From: Candidatus Saccharimonadota bacterium
Lineage (GTDB): Archaea; Micrarchaeota; Micrarchaeia; Micrarchaeales; Micrarchaeaceae
Assembly (NCBI GenBank): GCA_963698035.1
Contig: OY969114.1
Location: 660,001 to 692,000 of the forward strand
Direction: 5' to 3'
DNA: 32,000 nt
The translations under genes and the position numbers were made by a program. Positions 8,031 to 16,605 of this stretch are shown one piece after another. The notes below the pieces were generated by a model that worked only from the letters and a program-made list of their open reading frames with translations, did no database searches and was not told the origin of the DNA. Numbering within the stretch: position 1 is the first letter of the stretch; every line of letters begins with the position of its first letter.

Positions 8031-9347
8031 TCAGTCCGTTGCCGCCCTATTGCTTTCAAATCTTCTCAATCCCAAATAGCCAACAAGCTGCTCTGTCACT
8101 ACCGCCGTCTCAACCTCGATCCCCCGCAAGCGTGCGCCCAGCCTCTCCACTATTGACTCTACACTGCCTTCGAACACCGGAGGTATGAAAATAATCCCGT
8201 ATGGCGACGACACATCCGCAACAAGCGCATATCCGTTTGCAGGCGTGTCATTTTCCTCTATCATCTCCATGAGCTGCTCCTTACCGACAATGTTGAAAGC
8301 GTTTATGTCGGTCTGCTTCATGTAGATGAAGCCGCAGTACTTGATGGGCAGCCTCTGCATGTTTATCGTAGACCTCTCTATGATCCTCTTCTCGAGCAGC
8401 TTATGGTAGGTGTACTGCGCGCTTCCCTTGTGGAGCCCGTACTTCTCGTCTATCTTAACGAAATCGATCCCTGCATCTAAGTTCAACTCCTTCATGGTCG
8501 CATACTCGCTCGGCAGCAGCTGGCCGACTCCCTTTCTGGGCGAATCGCGGCTCTTGCTCCATATCTTCTCCTCGAGAAGGTCGAAGAACCTACTCCTCAG
8601 CGGCACGAAGCCATACGATTCTATCATGTAGCCTACCTGCCAAACAGACTCGGCGCCCGCGAAGAGCCTGTCCGACCTGAACCCGTATATCACATCGTCG
8701 AGCTTCTTTGTGTCCTCCGCTATTACGTAGATAAACATATCGTAATCGCCGCGCATTAGCAGCACCAACTGGATCCTTGGCTCACCCTCAAAAAGCGCCC
8801 TCATCGCAGGGATGTCTGGCCTTCCTTTCAAGAACTTCACCGTCACCATGTAGCGGGTAAAGCCGAACCTCTCCGGCAGGAGCTCAATCGTCTTCCTTAT
8901 GCCATAGCCCCTCTCGAGCTTCTCAAGCCTGTACGATGCCGCGCTCCTGCTTATCCCCACCTTTTTGGCGATCTCCGGGGCGGATATCCTCGAGTCCATG
9001 CTGATTTCGGTGAGTATGCGCCTGTCTGTGCTGTCCGGATGTATCGCTGCGTGGGCGCCGCCCCCCTCGCTCTTTGAGGAGGCCTCAATGTACTGTTCAA
9101 TCCCGCTCACCCTGGTCCTGTCCGACCTGTGGAGGGCCTGGGTCATCATCCCGTCCTTGTCGATCCAGCCTATGTAGAACTGGCGCTTCCTCCTCGCGCC
9201 GCTGCGCCAGTCGAGTATGTAGATGTATTCATAGACGCAGTACCTTCCCCTTATCACAGAGATGGAGAGCTTGCTCTTCCTGCTCCTCCTCAGCTCCTCC
9301 AGCGTTCTCGATATAGCCTCGGGATAGCCCCCTGCTCGCCTCGCCAT
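8031..9347 (-). CDS. Tandem (duplicated) Lrp/AsnC-type transcription regulator with an N-terminal extension
   Basis: There are two HTH+RAM-like units. Unit 1 is RRILTEISMDSRISAPEIAKKVGISRSAASYRLEKLE...YMVTVKF...DYDMFIYVIAEDTKKLDD. Unit 2 is EYATMKELNLDAGIDFVKIDEKYGLHKGSAQYTYHKLLEKRIIE...GFIYMKQ...YGIIFIPPVFEG. They are preceded by about 100 aa of unknown function. Confidence 0.7.
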   Translation of the reverse strand: MARRAGGYPEAISRTLEELRRSRKSKLSISVIRGRYCVYEYIYILDWRSGARRKRQFYIGWIDKDGMMTQALHRSDRTRVSGIEQYIEASSKSEGGGAHAAIHPDSTDRRILTEISMDSRISAPEIAKKVGISRSAASYRLEKLERGYGIRKTIELLPERFGFTRYMVTVKFLKGRPDIPAMRALFEGEPRIQLVLLMRGDYDMFIYVIAEDTKKLDDVIYGFRSDRLFAGAESVWQVGYMIESYGFVPLRSRFFDLLEEKIWSKSRDSPRKGVGQLLPSEYATMKELNLDAGIDFVKIDEKYGLHKGSAQYTYHKLLEKRIIERSTINMQRLPIKYCGFIYMKQTDINAFNIVGKEQLMEMIEENDTPANGYALVADVSSPYGIIFIPPVFEGSVESIVERLGARLRGIEVETAVVTEQLVGYLGLRRFESNRAATD

Positions 9348-9846
9348 AGTAATATAGCGTATATATAAATATAAATGTCTTTCTATATCTTATCCATTTA
9401 AGCTCATTTATATACTACTTTAGCTTATATACGATATTAATGAGCTTATCACCGATAGCTACTGCACATTATAGCACTTCCATACAAGAATAGTATATAT
9501 ATGAGTTCTGCCATAATAGTATGCAGGTATGAAGCAGGCGTATAGCGCCGTTATAGATTGACGCTGATTTCTTAACATCTAAGAAGTCCCAAACCCATCC
9601 GGGCGTGTGGCGCAATGCCATACGCCTTCCCCATAAACCAAGTGGCATACATGATAAAGACCTACATTGCAAGGATTATCAAGAAGAGGTCTGTGTCTGA
9701 ATCGAACGACGACCGTCCGATCAAGACCATAAGAACGGGCTACAATTCCTGGCGCATAATATACGCTGATGAACAGCTAGCGCCCGAGAATTAAGCATTA
9801 TTTTCGCTTGAAAAACAGCCCGTTCTACTAATTAAATAATAAATAA

Positions 9847-11274
9847 TCAGAATACGTGAATCGCCCACCACCGCGTCATTTTCTTTGTCTCAATGCGGAA
9901 GCCGCTCGTGTTCTTCTTTATGTCCTTCACCATCTTCTTGTAGAGCACCTTCTCCTGCGCGTCAAGCTTGCCCTCCTTGACTATCTCCTGCTTCTTCCCG
10001 TCTACTATCTGCGTCTCTGTCTTGCTTATGACGTCCTTCTTCACCATCGAGTACCATTCATCTAGCGTGCTGCCGCTCTCATCCTTGTCCCTCAGTACGG
10101 CGAGCACATCACCCATGTCGAGCTTCCTCTCGATCTTGTGCGCGTACTCATGAAGCAGGGGCCTCATCGCCGCCTTGTCCACAATCCTCTTTATGTCAGC
10201 AGGCGAGTATCCAGCAGTTGCACGGGAGAGCCTTCCCCAGTTCATGAAGCCCCTGGGCTTGTTCCTCATCTCAAACTTGAACATCCCGATCCTGGCCCCG
10301 TAGTTGCCCGGGCTCATGTAGACGCTATCGCCGAATCTCCCAGATCTCTTAAGCGCGGGATCGATGTCCCATGGTTGGTTGGTAGTGCCTATTACGTAGA
10401 TGCCTTCGGGATTCTCTTCAAGGCCGTTCATCTCGACAAGGAACTGGTTGACAGCGATCCTCATCGCAGAGCTCTCCCCGCCCCCGCCTGGTCCATCCCC
10501 GCCCCTCTTGGTGCCCATAGCATCAAGCTCGTCGAACATTATTATGCAGGGGGTGTTCTTCCTTGCCTGCTCGAAGACCGCGTGCAGGTTCTTCTCTGTG
10601 TTTCCGGTATACATGTCAACTATCTGGTTTATCTGCGCGATTATGACGTTCGCGTTCGCCTCGCCCGCAACTGCGTTAACTATGTGTGTCTTGCCGCAGC
10701 CAGGCGGACCATATAGGATCAGGCCTACGCCCCTCCTCTTTCCATACTTCTCAAAGAGGTCGGGCCTCTGTATCGCAAGCACAATGTTCTCATGAAGGTA
10801 CTTCTTCACGGCGTCAAGCCCTATGACGCTGTCGAACCTCATCTTCGATTTGTAGAAAGCAAGCTTCTTTATCTGCCCCTCCTCTATGACGGTGCCCTCC
10901 TGCTCCTGCATGGACCTGCCCCCGGGCTTGGCAACCTTCTTTCCTACGTCGCTAGTTGGCACGTTCTCGATGTGTATCAGCGAATCTATGTGCTCCAGCC
11001 TGTTCTTCGCCTCCACATAGTTCGGGTCTATCGCAATCGACTTCTCATACCAGAAGCGCGCGCCGAGGAAGTCATTATTGCTCTCGGCCATGTCCCCCAT
11101 CAACAGCGGCGCGTCGGGGATCTTGGGCTGCAGCTTCATTACCGCCTCAAGGTCCTTCTGCGCGAGGTCATAGTTGTGCAGTATCCTATAAGTCAGGGCG
11201 CGGTTGAAATATGCATCCGCATAATTCGGATTTAGCTTTATTGCCTCGCTATACTCGTTCACCGCCTCCTGCAT
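9847..11274 (-). CDS. TPR-repeat AAA ATPase (single classical AAA module); 5' end uncertain
   Basis: TPR signatures AIKLNPNYADAYFNRALTY and SIAIDPNYVEAKNRL. Walker A GPPGCGKT, Walker B IIMFDELD, and second region of homology TNQPWDIDPALKRSGRFGD. A ~100-aa Lys-rich C-terminal extension follows. ATG 11274 falls inside a TPR helix (see findings). Confidence 0.8.
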   Translation of the reverse strand: MQEAVNEYSEAIKLNPNYADAYFNRALTYRILHNYDLAQKDLEAVMKLQPKIPDAPLLMGDMAESNNDFLGARFWYEKSIAIDPNYVEAKNRLEHIDSLIHIENVPTSDVGKKVAKPGGRSMQEQEGTVIEEGQIKKLAFYKSKMRFDSVIGLDAVKKYLHENIVLAIQRPDLFEKYGKRRGVGLILYGPPGCGKTHIVNAVAGEANANVIIAQINQIVDMYTGNTEKNLHAVFEQARKNTPCIIMFDELDAMGTKRGGDGPGGGGESSAMRIAVNQFLVEMNGLEENPEGIYVIGTTNQPWDIDPALKRSGRFGDSVYMSPGNYGARIGMFKFEMRNKPRGFMNWGRLSRATAGYSPADIKRIVDKAAMRPLLHEYAHKIERKLDMGDVLAVLRDKDESGSTLDEWYSMVKKDVISKTETQIVDGKKQEIVKEGKLDAQEKVLYKKMVKDIKKNTSGFRIETKKMTRWWAIHVF

Positions 11275-11510
11275 CTGACTTGCCTCGAAGAGCTGCCCCC
11301 TTCTTCCAGTGCTCTACAGCCGCGTCGCTCGGCTTCGCAGGCGACGGTGTGGCCACCCCATTTACATTTGCCCCTGAGCTCTCTGCCACCTATATCACTG
11401 ATAGATTATACGTTAATTTTAATAAGTCAGCAGATATTTATTGCTTCTCTGCCGACTGTCGGCTGGGTCGTCATCTTCTCTCTAACTCCATTTTCCTGCC
11501 GAAAACAGAG

Positions 11511-11585
11511 TGGGCCCGAGGAGATTTGAACTCCTGACCTTCCGATTATCAGTCGGATGCTCAAACCAGGCTAAGCTACGAGCCC
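11511..11585 (-). tRNA. tRNA-Ile (anticodon GAT)
   Basis: Minus-strand sequence is GGGCTCGTAGCTTAGCCTGGTTTGAGCATCCGACTGATAATCGGAAGGTCAGGAGTTCAAATCTCCTCGGGCCCA. Acceptor GGGCTCG/CGGGCCC has one G-U pair. Anticodon stem TCCGA/TCGGA with loop CTGATAA. T arm CAGGA-GTTCAAATC-TCCTG. No CCA and no intron. Confidence 0.9.
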
Positions 11586-11610
11586 CTTTTATTTATTAGT
11601 GTAACCCATT

Positions 11611-11620
11611 TAATATATAA
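11611..11620 (-). promoter_or_regulatory. TATA-box-like element upstream of tRNA-Ile
   Basis: ttatatatta (minus sense) is centred about 30 nt upstream of the tRNA 5' end, directly after the AMMECR1 stop codon. Confidence 0.4.
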
Positions 11621-11624
11621 GAAT

Positions 11625-12233
11625 TCACATCTTTATTTCAGAAACCCGCCCGTCGGGCCTCTCCTCCTTGAAGATCTGCGTCTGGAACCTATACATCTTC
11701 ACGTCTTGCTGCGTCCACGAATTTGGAGATATGCCCGCCTTGATGCAGCTCTCCTCAATGAAGCGCCTCTCGTCCCATTTCTGCTCGACTGCAACGATGG
11801 GGAGGAGCAGGCCCTCATAGAATCCATACTTTGCGATAAGGCCATCCCTTCCGACCTTTATTTTCTTGTATCTCTGCGAAGCAGCGCCGGTTATCTCCTC
11901 AGGGGAGGTGAGCACGCTCACCTCTATAGTTATCCTATCGAGCTCCTTGTCTGAGATCGGCGCAAATCTTGGGTCCTCGAATGCTGCTGCGTGTGCCGCC
12001 TCCACAACCGCCTCTCCCACGGGGGCTACCCCCCTCATGAATCCTATGCAGCCCCGAAGCGCGCCCGTAGGATAGCTCTCGACCGTTACGAATATCCCGT
12101 CGTACTCCTTAAGCCCTTTGACCGAATCTGCCACAAGCTCTATCTTGAATCGCGGGCTCCCCACCGAGAGCTCTATTGTGCGCCTTGCAGCTTTGACAAG
12201 CCTCTCTCCTTCATCAGCAGAATAGACATGCAT
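11625..12233 (-). CDS. AMMECR1 domain protein
   Basis: The ~200-aa length and the characteristic LRGCIGF motif, followed by AAFEDPRFAP, are typical of the AMMECR1 family. Confidence 0.8.
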   Translation of the reverse strand: MHVYSADEGERLVKAARRTIELSVGSPRFKIELVADSVKGLKEYDGIFVTVESYPTGALRGCIGFMRGVAPVGEAVVEAAHAAAFEDPRFAPISDKELDRITIEVSVLTSPEEITGAASQRYKKIKVGRDGLIAKYGFYEGLLLPIVAVEQKWDERRFIEESCIKAGISPNSWTQQDVKMYRFQTQIFKEERPDGRVSEIKM

Positions 12234-12295
12234 AAAAATACCTGCGTATATCCTAATTAAAGGATAAATGCCCAGTTTAATATCAGTTGCGTTTT

Positions 12296-12724
12296 ATGGA
12301 CCACATAACTATATACACGGATGGCGCGGCGCGTGGCAACCCGGGCAGCAGCGCCTCCGGTTTTATTGTCTACTTCAATGGCAGGCAGGTTGCCAAAGAG
12401 GGCGTATACAACGGCAAGGCGACGAACAACGTCGCAGAATACAATGCAGTGGTACTCTCGCTTAAATGGTGCACAGAGAACATACCCTCGCACAAGGGCT
12501 GCGCCGTGATGCTCTACTCGGATAGTGAGCTCGTAGTCATGCAGCTCAACAACCTGTACAAGATAAAGGCGAAGAGGATGCGGGAGCTCCATGCCGAGGT
12601 CCTCAAGCTCTCAACGAATTTCGCGGCGACCGCCTTCTCGAATCTGCCGCGCAGCGAGAGGCACATAGTGGCGGTCGACAGGCACCTCAACCTCCTTCTT
12701 GACAGCATAGGAAAAGGGCAATGA
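12296..12724 (+). CDS. rnhA: Ribonuclease HI (type 1 RNase H)
   Basis: IYTDGAARGNPG (first catalytic Asp), NNVAEYNAVVLSL (catalytic Glu) and LYSDSELVV (catalytic Asp). Its ~142 aa resembles the small archaeal RNase HI proteins. The track's start at 12287 is a TTG; ATG 12296 is preferred. Confidence 0.8.
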   Translation: MDHITIYTDGAARGNPGSSASGFIVYFNGRQVAKEGVYNGKATNNVAEYNAVVLSLKWCTENIPSHKGCAVMLYSDSELVVMQLNNLYKIKAKRMRELHAEVLKLSTNFAATAFSNLPRSERHIVAVDRHLNLLLDSIGKGQ

Positions 12725-13699
12725 CTAAACTTGGCTTCCCTGCATGAGCCTGTACTGGAGGCCGATTTCGTTCCTGAAGGGCTCTGCGTTGTATCCTCGC
12801 CTGGCGAGGTTGCTGGCGAACACTGCAGCATTGGATCCGTACGTGAGTATCCTCTTCGGATTCGCCGCTTCTATATAGTAGATGCTCTGCCCGAAGTCCG
12901 CGTGGTCGCTCAGCGGGAACTGAACATCTGTGTTGAACCTGAACATTTTTGCGAACCCAGTCGCTACTGCCCTGAAGACCCTCTTGCCGTGCACCCTGCT
13001 TAGCGTCATCGCAAGGTCGTCCAGCTTGTGGCTCTCGAAAACCCCGACAAAGTTGTGCCCCAGTAGCGACTCGTAGCCGCTTGCCTCATCATACGCGGAG
13101 GCATACTGCAGGTCTATGCCGCTCGACGCGTAGACCTTGTTTATCGCGCTTATCTTCCTGCTCGTTATCGGGACTATCCCAGCGTTGTTGAGTATCCTTA
13201 TTATCTCCTGCGCCTTCCCGAGCGCGTACACACCGAAGAGTATTATGCCCTGCCCCTGCTTCCTGCGCGCCCACAGCTCTATCGCCCCCTCGACCTCCTT
13301 TCTGTCGTCGAACTTTATCTCCGGGCTAGAATAGGTTGAATCTATTATGAGCGTATCCGTCTCGAGAATCTCTATCGGCTTGCAGGTGAGCGATTTCTGC
13401 AGCATGAAGTCTCCCGTATATGTTATGACGCCGTCCTGTTGGCTCTCTATACGTATCTGCTTCGAACCGAGCACATGGCCTGCATCCATCAGCGCAACGC
13501 CCTCCATGGAGCTCCTGAACCCTTTCAGCTCTATGCCGTTTGCCGCCTTAAGCAGTTCTGCGGTCTCTTTGCTCGTAATAACGCTCTTAGACGACTTCGC
13601 GGCGGAGGTATGATCGCTGTGCGCGTGAGATATGAAATCCATATCCGAATTACGCTCCTTCCTGTCAAGTGATACTGCATAATCGTCGAGATATATCAT
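12725..13699 (-). CDS. Metallo-beta-lactamase / beta-CASP-family nuclease (short form)
   Basis: HxHxDH motif FISHAHSDH, AGHVLGS, IIDSTY, and beta-CASP-type motif C PLSDHAD. About 324 aa. Its 3' end directly abuts the rnhA stop (12724/12725). Confidence 0.7.
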   Translation of the reverse strand: MIYLDDYAVSLDRKERNSDMDFISHAHSDHTSAAKSSKSVITSKETAELLKAANGIELKGFRSSMEGVALMDAGHVLGSKQIRIESQQDGVITYTGDFMLQKSLTCKPIEILETDTLIIDSTYSSPEIKFDDRKEVEGAIELWARRKQGQGIILFGVYALGKAQEIIRILNNAGIVPITSRKISAINKVYASSGIDLQYASAYDEASGYESLLGHNFVGVFESHKLDDLAMTLSRVHGKRVFRAVATGFAKMFRFNTDVQFPLSDHADFGQSIYYIEAANPKRILTYGSNAAVFASNLARRGYNAEPFRNEIGLQYRLMQGSQV

Positions 13700-13813
13700 T
13701 CAGTCGCCGCACAGATACTCAATCACAAGCTTAATATATGCTATGCATGTAGTCGGCATTCCGCACCGCAGCGAAAGAATAAAATAGGCAGAAGGCAATT
13801 GCATCCTGATAAT

Positions 13814-14131
13814 ATGGATGTGCTGACCCCAAAGACGCTTGGCAGTTTCGTTTCCGGAAAGGAGCCGACGCTGGTGCTCTTCCATGCAGATTGGTGCCCC
13901 TTCTGCAGGAAGTTCAAGCCCGTTTTCTACTCATACGTGGGAAAGACAAAGGCGAAGATGGCCGAGGCCAAGCTGAACGAGGAGGAAAACCCGCTCTGGG
14001 ACCAGTTCCACATAGAGGTAATACCGACTGTAATGCTCTTCATGGGCGGCAAGGTTATTGCGAGGAAGGACGGCCGCGCAGGTATAGGCCTGGATGAAAG
14101 TGACCTAAAGCAGATACTTAAGGGCGTATGA
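13814..14131 (+). CDS. Thioredoxin-fold protein (CPFC active site)
   Basis: VLFHADWCPFCRKFKPVF has a CxxC in thioredoxin context, and the cis-Pro region is IEVIPTVMLF. ATG 13814 is preferred over TTG 13799. AT-rich aaagaataaaatagg lies about 30 nt upstream. Confidence 0.75.
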   Translation: MDVLTPKTLGSFVSGKEPTLVLFHADWCPFCRKFKPVFYSYVGKTKAKMAEAKLNEEENPLWDQFHIEVIPTVMLFMGGKVIARKDGRAGIGLDESDLKQILKGV

Positions 14132-14196
14132 AGCCTCGCCACGCCTTCCGTTTTTAAGCTTTGCTATTTATAGTATAATCACTAAAGAGTGACCCA

Positions 14197-14937
14197 TTGG
14201 CGCGACCAATTACACCGAGAAGGTACAGGAACCACATGATACTCGCATTCATAATAGCCGTCATAGTTGTCATAGCCGTCTACTCCGGCGCCACATACTA
14301 CTCCTCTGCAAGGGCCGCCTCGCTGGAATCGCAGGTGAACGCCCTCCGGGCGAACAATACCGCGCTCGCCCAGAACTATAAGTCGCTCGAGACGCAGTAT
14401 ACGGTGCTCCAGGTGAGCTTCAACAACACCTACACGGCATACATAACCCTGAGAGGCGCGCTTGCCATCTCCGGACCAATGGTCATATACCAGAGCAAGA
14501 GCCTGGTTCTGCAGTCGATACTCTATCCATCATTCGTAGACAAGGGGTACAACGTGAGCTACCTTGCGTTCTTCGAGCCTACGCAGACGTACATATACTA
14601 CAATTCGTTCAAGTACCCGCCTTATTCGCCGCTAGAGTACATCAACGCCTCTTATTCTTACTACAACTTCAACCTCACCGAGCCCGAATCGGGCTATCTG
14701 GTGATAAACTACACCTCAAATTCGCCGAACGGCCTCCAGGTCTTGAGCAATAATTGCTCATCGCAGTCCTCAAGCCCATATGCGGTGTCAGAATACTCTG
14801 TGGCCAACCCGAACGCCGACGGTTCGATACAGTTGCCGATAAACAAAGGGACCAACTGCGTTTACATAGAGAACCCAAGCAATGGCGCAATCGGAGTCAA
14901 GTTCAGCGCAACCCTCTACGGTTACGCCGGCAGCTGA
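14197..14937 (+). CDS. Single-pass (N-terminal anchor) membrane protein with a coiled-coil and an Asn/Tyr/Ser-rich extracellular domain; probable glycoprotein
   Basis: A basic N-terminus is followed by the TM segment MILAFIIAVIVVIAVY, a heptad-like segment (LESQVNALRANNTALAQNYKSLETQYTVLQ), and a beta-rich region with many N-x-S/T sequons. The start is TTG 14197 or ATG 14236. No family was recognised. Confidence 0.5.
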   Translation: MARPITPRRYRNHMILAFIIAVIVVIAVYSGATYYSSARAASLESQVNALRANNTALAQNYKSLETQYTVLQVSFNNTYTAYITLRGALAISGPMVIYQSKSLVLQSILYPSFVDKGYNVSYLAFFEPTQTYIYYNSFKYPPYSPLEYINASYSYYNFNLTEPESGYLVINYTSNSPNGLQVLSNNCSSQSSSPYAVSEYSVANPNADGSIQLPINKGTNCVYIENPSNGAIGVKFSATLYGYAGS

Positions 14938-14987
14938 GCCCATACACACTGCTTATAAAAGTTAATTTGCATATCTAGGATATAGAT

Positions 14988-16544
14988 TTGGCCGATGGCC
15001 CATGCTCTGGTGAACTATTGCACGACAAGACATATCACTGGGTTGACAAGCTTGCCGATACTGTAGAAAAGCAGAAGAAGCCTCCCTTTATCATAACCGG
15101 CGGCCTCACAACAAGCGGTCCGACGCACCTCGGCACAGTCTGCGAGTTTCTCTACCCCGCGACCCTGAAGCAGAGGCTGGTTGGGCGCAGACATAAGGCC
15201 GACTTCTATTTCATAGCGGACATAATGGATGCATTCGACAGCATACCCTTAGAGATGCAGAAGTATGCTGACAGATTGACAGGCGACCTTGGGAAGCCCC
15301 TTGTGGAGACTATCGATCCGTTGGGCTGCCACAAATCTTTTGGGGAGCACTACCTTGCAGATGCATGCTCCGTGATGGAAAGGTTGGAGCTGCAGATAGA
15401 GGTCCTGAAGGTCAATGACATTTACTCGCAGGGAAAGTTTGATCCCTATGCAATAATCTTCCTGGCGAAAGAAGAGAAGGTGAAGAGACTTCTAGCAGAC
15501 ATATCCGGCAGGGACATAAAGGAGTTTGCAAACTGGAGTCCGATAATGCCGATATGCGAGGAATGCGGCAGGATTGCAACGGTGAGGGTGACCTCGCATG
15601 ACAGTGAAAACTACACGTATGCCGACGACATGGATGTTGGATATGTAAAAGGATGCGGCTACACGGGGCAGGGAAAGCTTAGTCAGCATAGGTACAAGCT
15701 CCAGTGGAGGCTGCACTGGCCCGCATGGCAGGCAATATTCAATACATCCGCAGAGGGCGCTGGTATGGACCACTTCACAAAAGGGGGCAGCTGGGACACG
15801 GCGGTCGCGATACATAAACAGATCCTGAAGAGGGAGCCCCCGGTCGGATTCAAGTACGGGTTCGTGCTTTTCGAGGGAGGGAAGTACTCCAAGTCAAAAG
15901 GAAAAGGCATGAGCGTCTTAGACATAGTGAAGCTGATCCCGCCAGAAGTTGTAAAGTATATGCTGTTCGAGCCTAACCTTCCGGACTTCAAGGACATAAA
16001 CCCGAATGGCGAGAAGTTCTTGAGGCTGATAGGGGATCTGGAGCGCTTGTCTGAGCTGGAGAACCCAGAAAACGACGCAGACAGGAAGAAGCTCGCTGCC
16101 TACAGGATAGCGATTGGAAAGCTCAAGTGGCATGTCAAGTTCACCGACATCCTCCTCTACTACCAGATATACAGGAACTGGGGCAGGGTCGGAGAGATGC
16201 TGAGCGACGCTGATGGAGTGAACCATCTTGCGCCATATATAACAGAATGGCTTAAGGTGGGATTTGCTCCGGATAGGTACAGCTTCTCCCTTAAGCCGTC
16301 CAAGGTGGACCGCAAGGACTTCATAAAGCTCTTCATCCCAGAGCTAAAGAGCGGCATGAGCGACCTTGATGTGCACAACCTAGTGTACAGCGTGGCCAGG
16401 TCCAATGGCATAGAGGTAAGCGACGCATTCAAGGACGTTTACAGCGCGCTGATAGGGAAGAGCGACGGCCCAAGGATTGGAAAGCTGATCACCGCGATAG
16501 GTATCAACAGGGTGAAGGAACTCTTAAAATCTGCAATCTCGTAG
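14988..16544 (+). CDS. lysS: Lysyl-tRNA synthetase, class I
   Basis: YHWVDKLAD N-terminus, TSGPTHLGTVCEF (HIGH-type motif) and GGKYSKSKGKG (KMSKS-type motif). The ~518 aa length is typical of archaeal class I LysRS. The start is TTG 14988, with cttataaaa at 14952-14960 about 30 nt upstream. Confidence 0.85.
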   Translation: MADGPCSGELLHDKTYHWVDKLADTVEKQKKPPFIITGGLTTSGPTHLGTVCEFLYPATLKQRLVGRRHKADFYFIADIMDAFDSIPLEMQKYADRLTGDLGKPLVETIDPLGCHKSFGEHYLADACSVMERLELQIEVLKVNDIYSQGKFDPYAIIFLAKEEKVKRLLADISGRDIKEFANWSPIMPICEECGRIATVRVTSHDSENYTYADDMDVGYVKGCGYTGQGKLSQHRYKLQWRLHWPAWQAIFNTSAEGAGMDHFTKGGSWDTAVAIHKQILKREPPVGFKYGFVLFEGGKYSKSKGKGMSVLDIVKLIPPEVVKYMLFEPNLPDFKDINPNGEKFLRLIGDLERLSELENPENDADRKKLAAYRIAIGKLKWHVKFTDILLYYQIYRNWGRVGEMLSDADGVNHLAPYITEWLKVGFAPDRYSFSLKPSKVDRKDFIKLFIPELKSGMSDLDVHNLVYSVARSNGIEVSDAFKDVYSALIGKSDGPRIGKLITAIGINRVKELLKSAIS

Positions 16545-16605
16545 GTCAATTAGCATATAAAAGCCTATTTGGCATAGATATTTCAGACAATCATTCGGTG
16601 TGGCA

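Noticed and set aside
9651-9700. Candidate C/D-box sRNA (ATGATAA ... CTGA about 50 nt apart)
   Set aside because: The C box has a mismatch. No credible internal D'/C' boxes or terminal stem were found, so chance occurrence in AT-rich DNA is likely.
10138-11235. Several plus-strand ORFs (10138-10716, 10400-10795, 10792-11235) opposite the TPR-AAA gene
   Set aside because: They are shadow ORFs with Arg/Leu/Pro-rich translations and no motifs. The minus strand carries unambiguous Walker A/B and TPR motifs.
11451-11463. Palindrome gccgactgtcggc downstream of tRNA-Ile as a terminator hairpin
   Set aside because: A 6-bp stem with a 1-nt loop cannot fold as an RNA hairpin. The T-run immediately after the tRNA (ctctgttttc in minus sense) already explains termination. 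It remains only a possible protein-binding dyad of unknown relevance.
9674-11585. Integrated element using tRNA-Ile as an attachment site
   Set aside because: I looked for a direct repeat of the tRNA-Ile 3' or 5' half elsewhere in the window. I found only an 8-nt match (gattatca at 9674-9681). There is no integrase and no clear att duplication.
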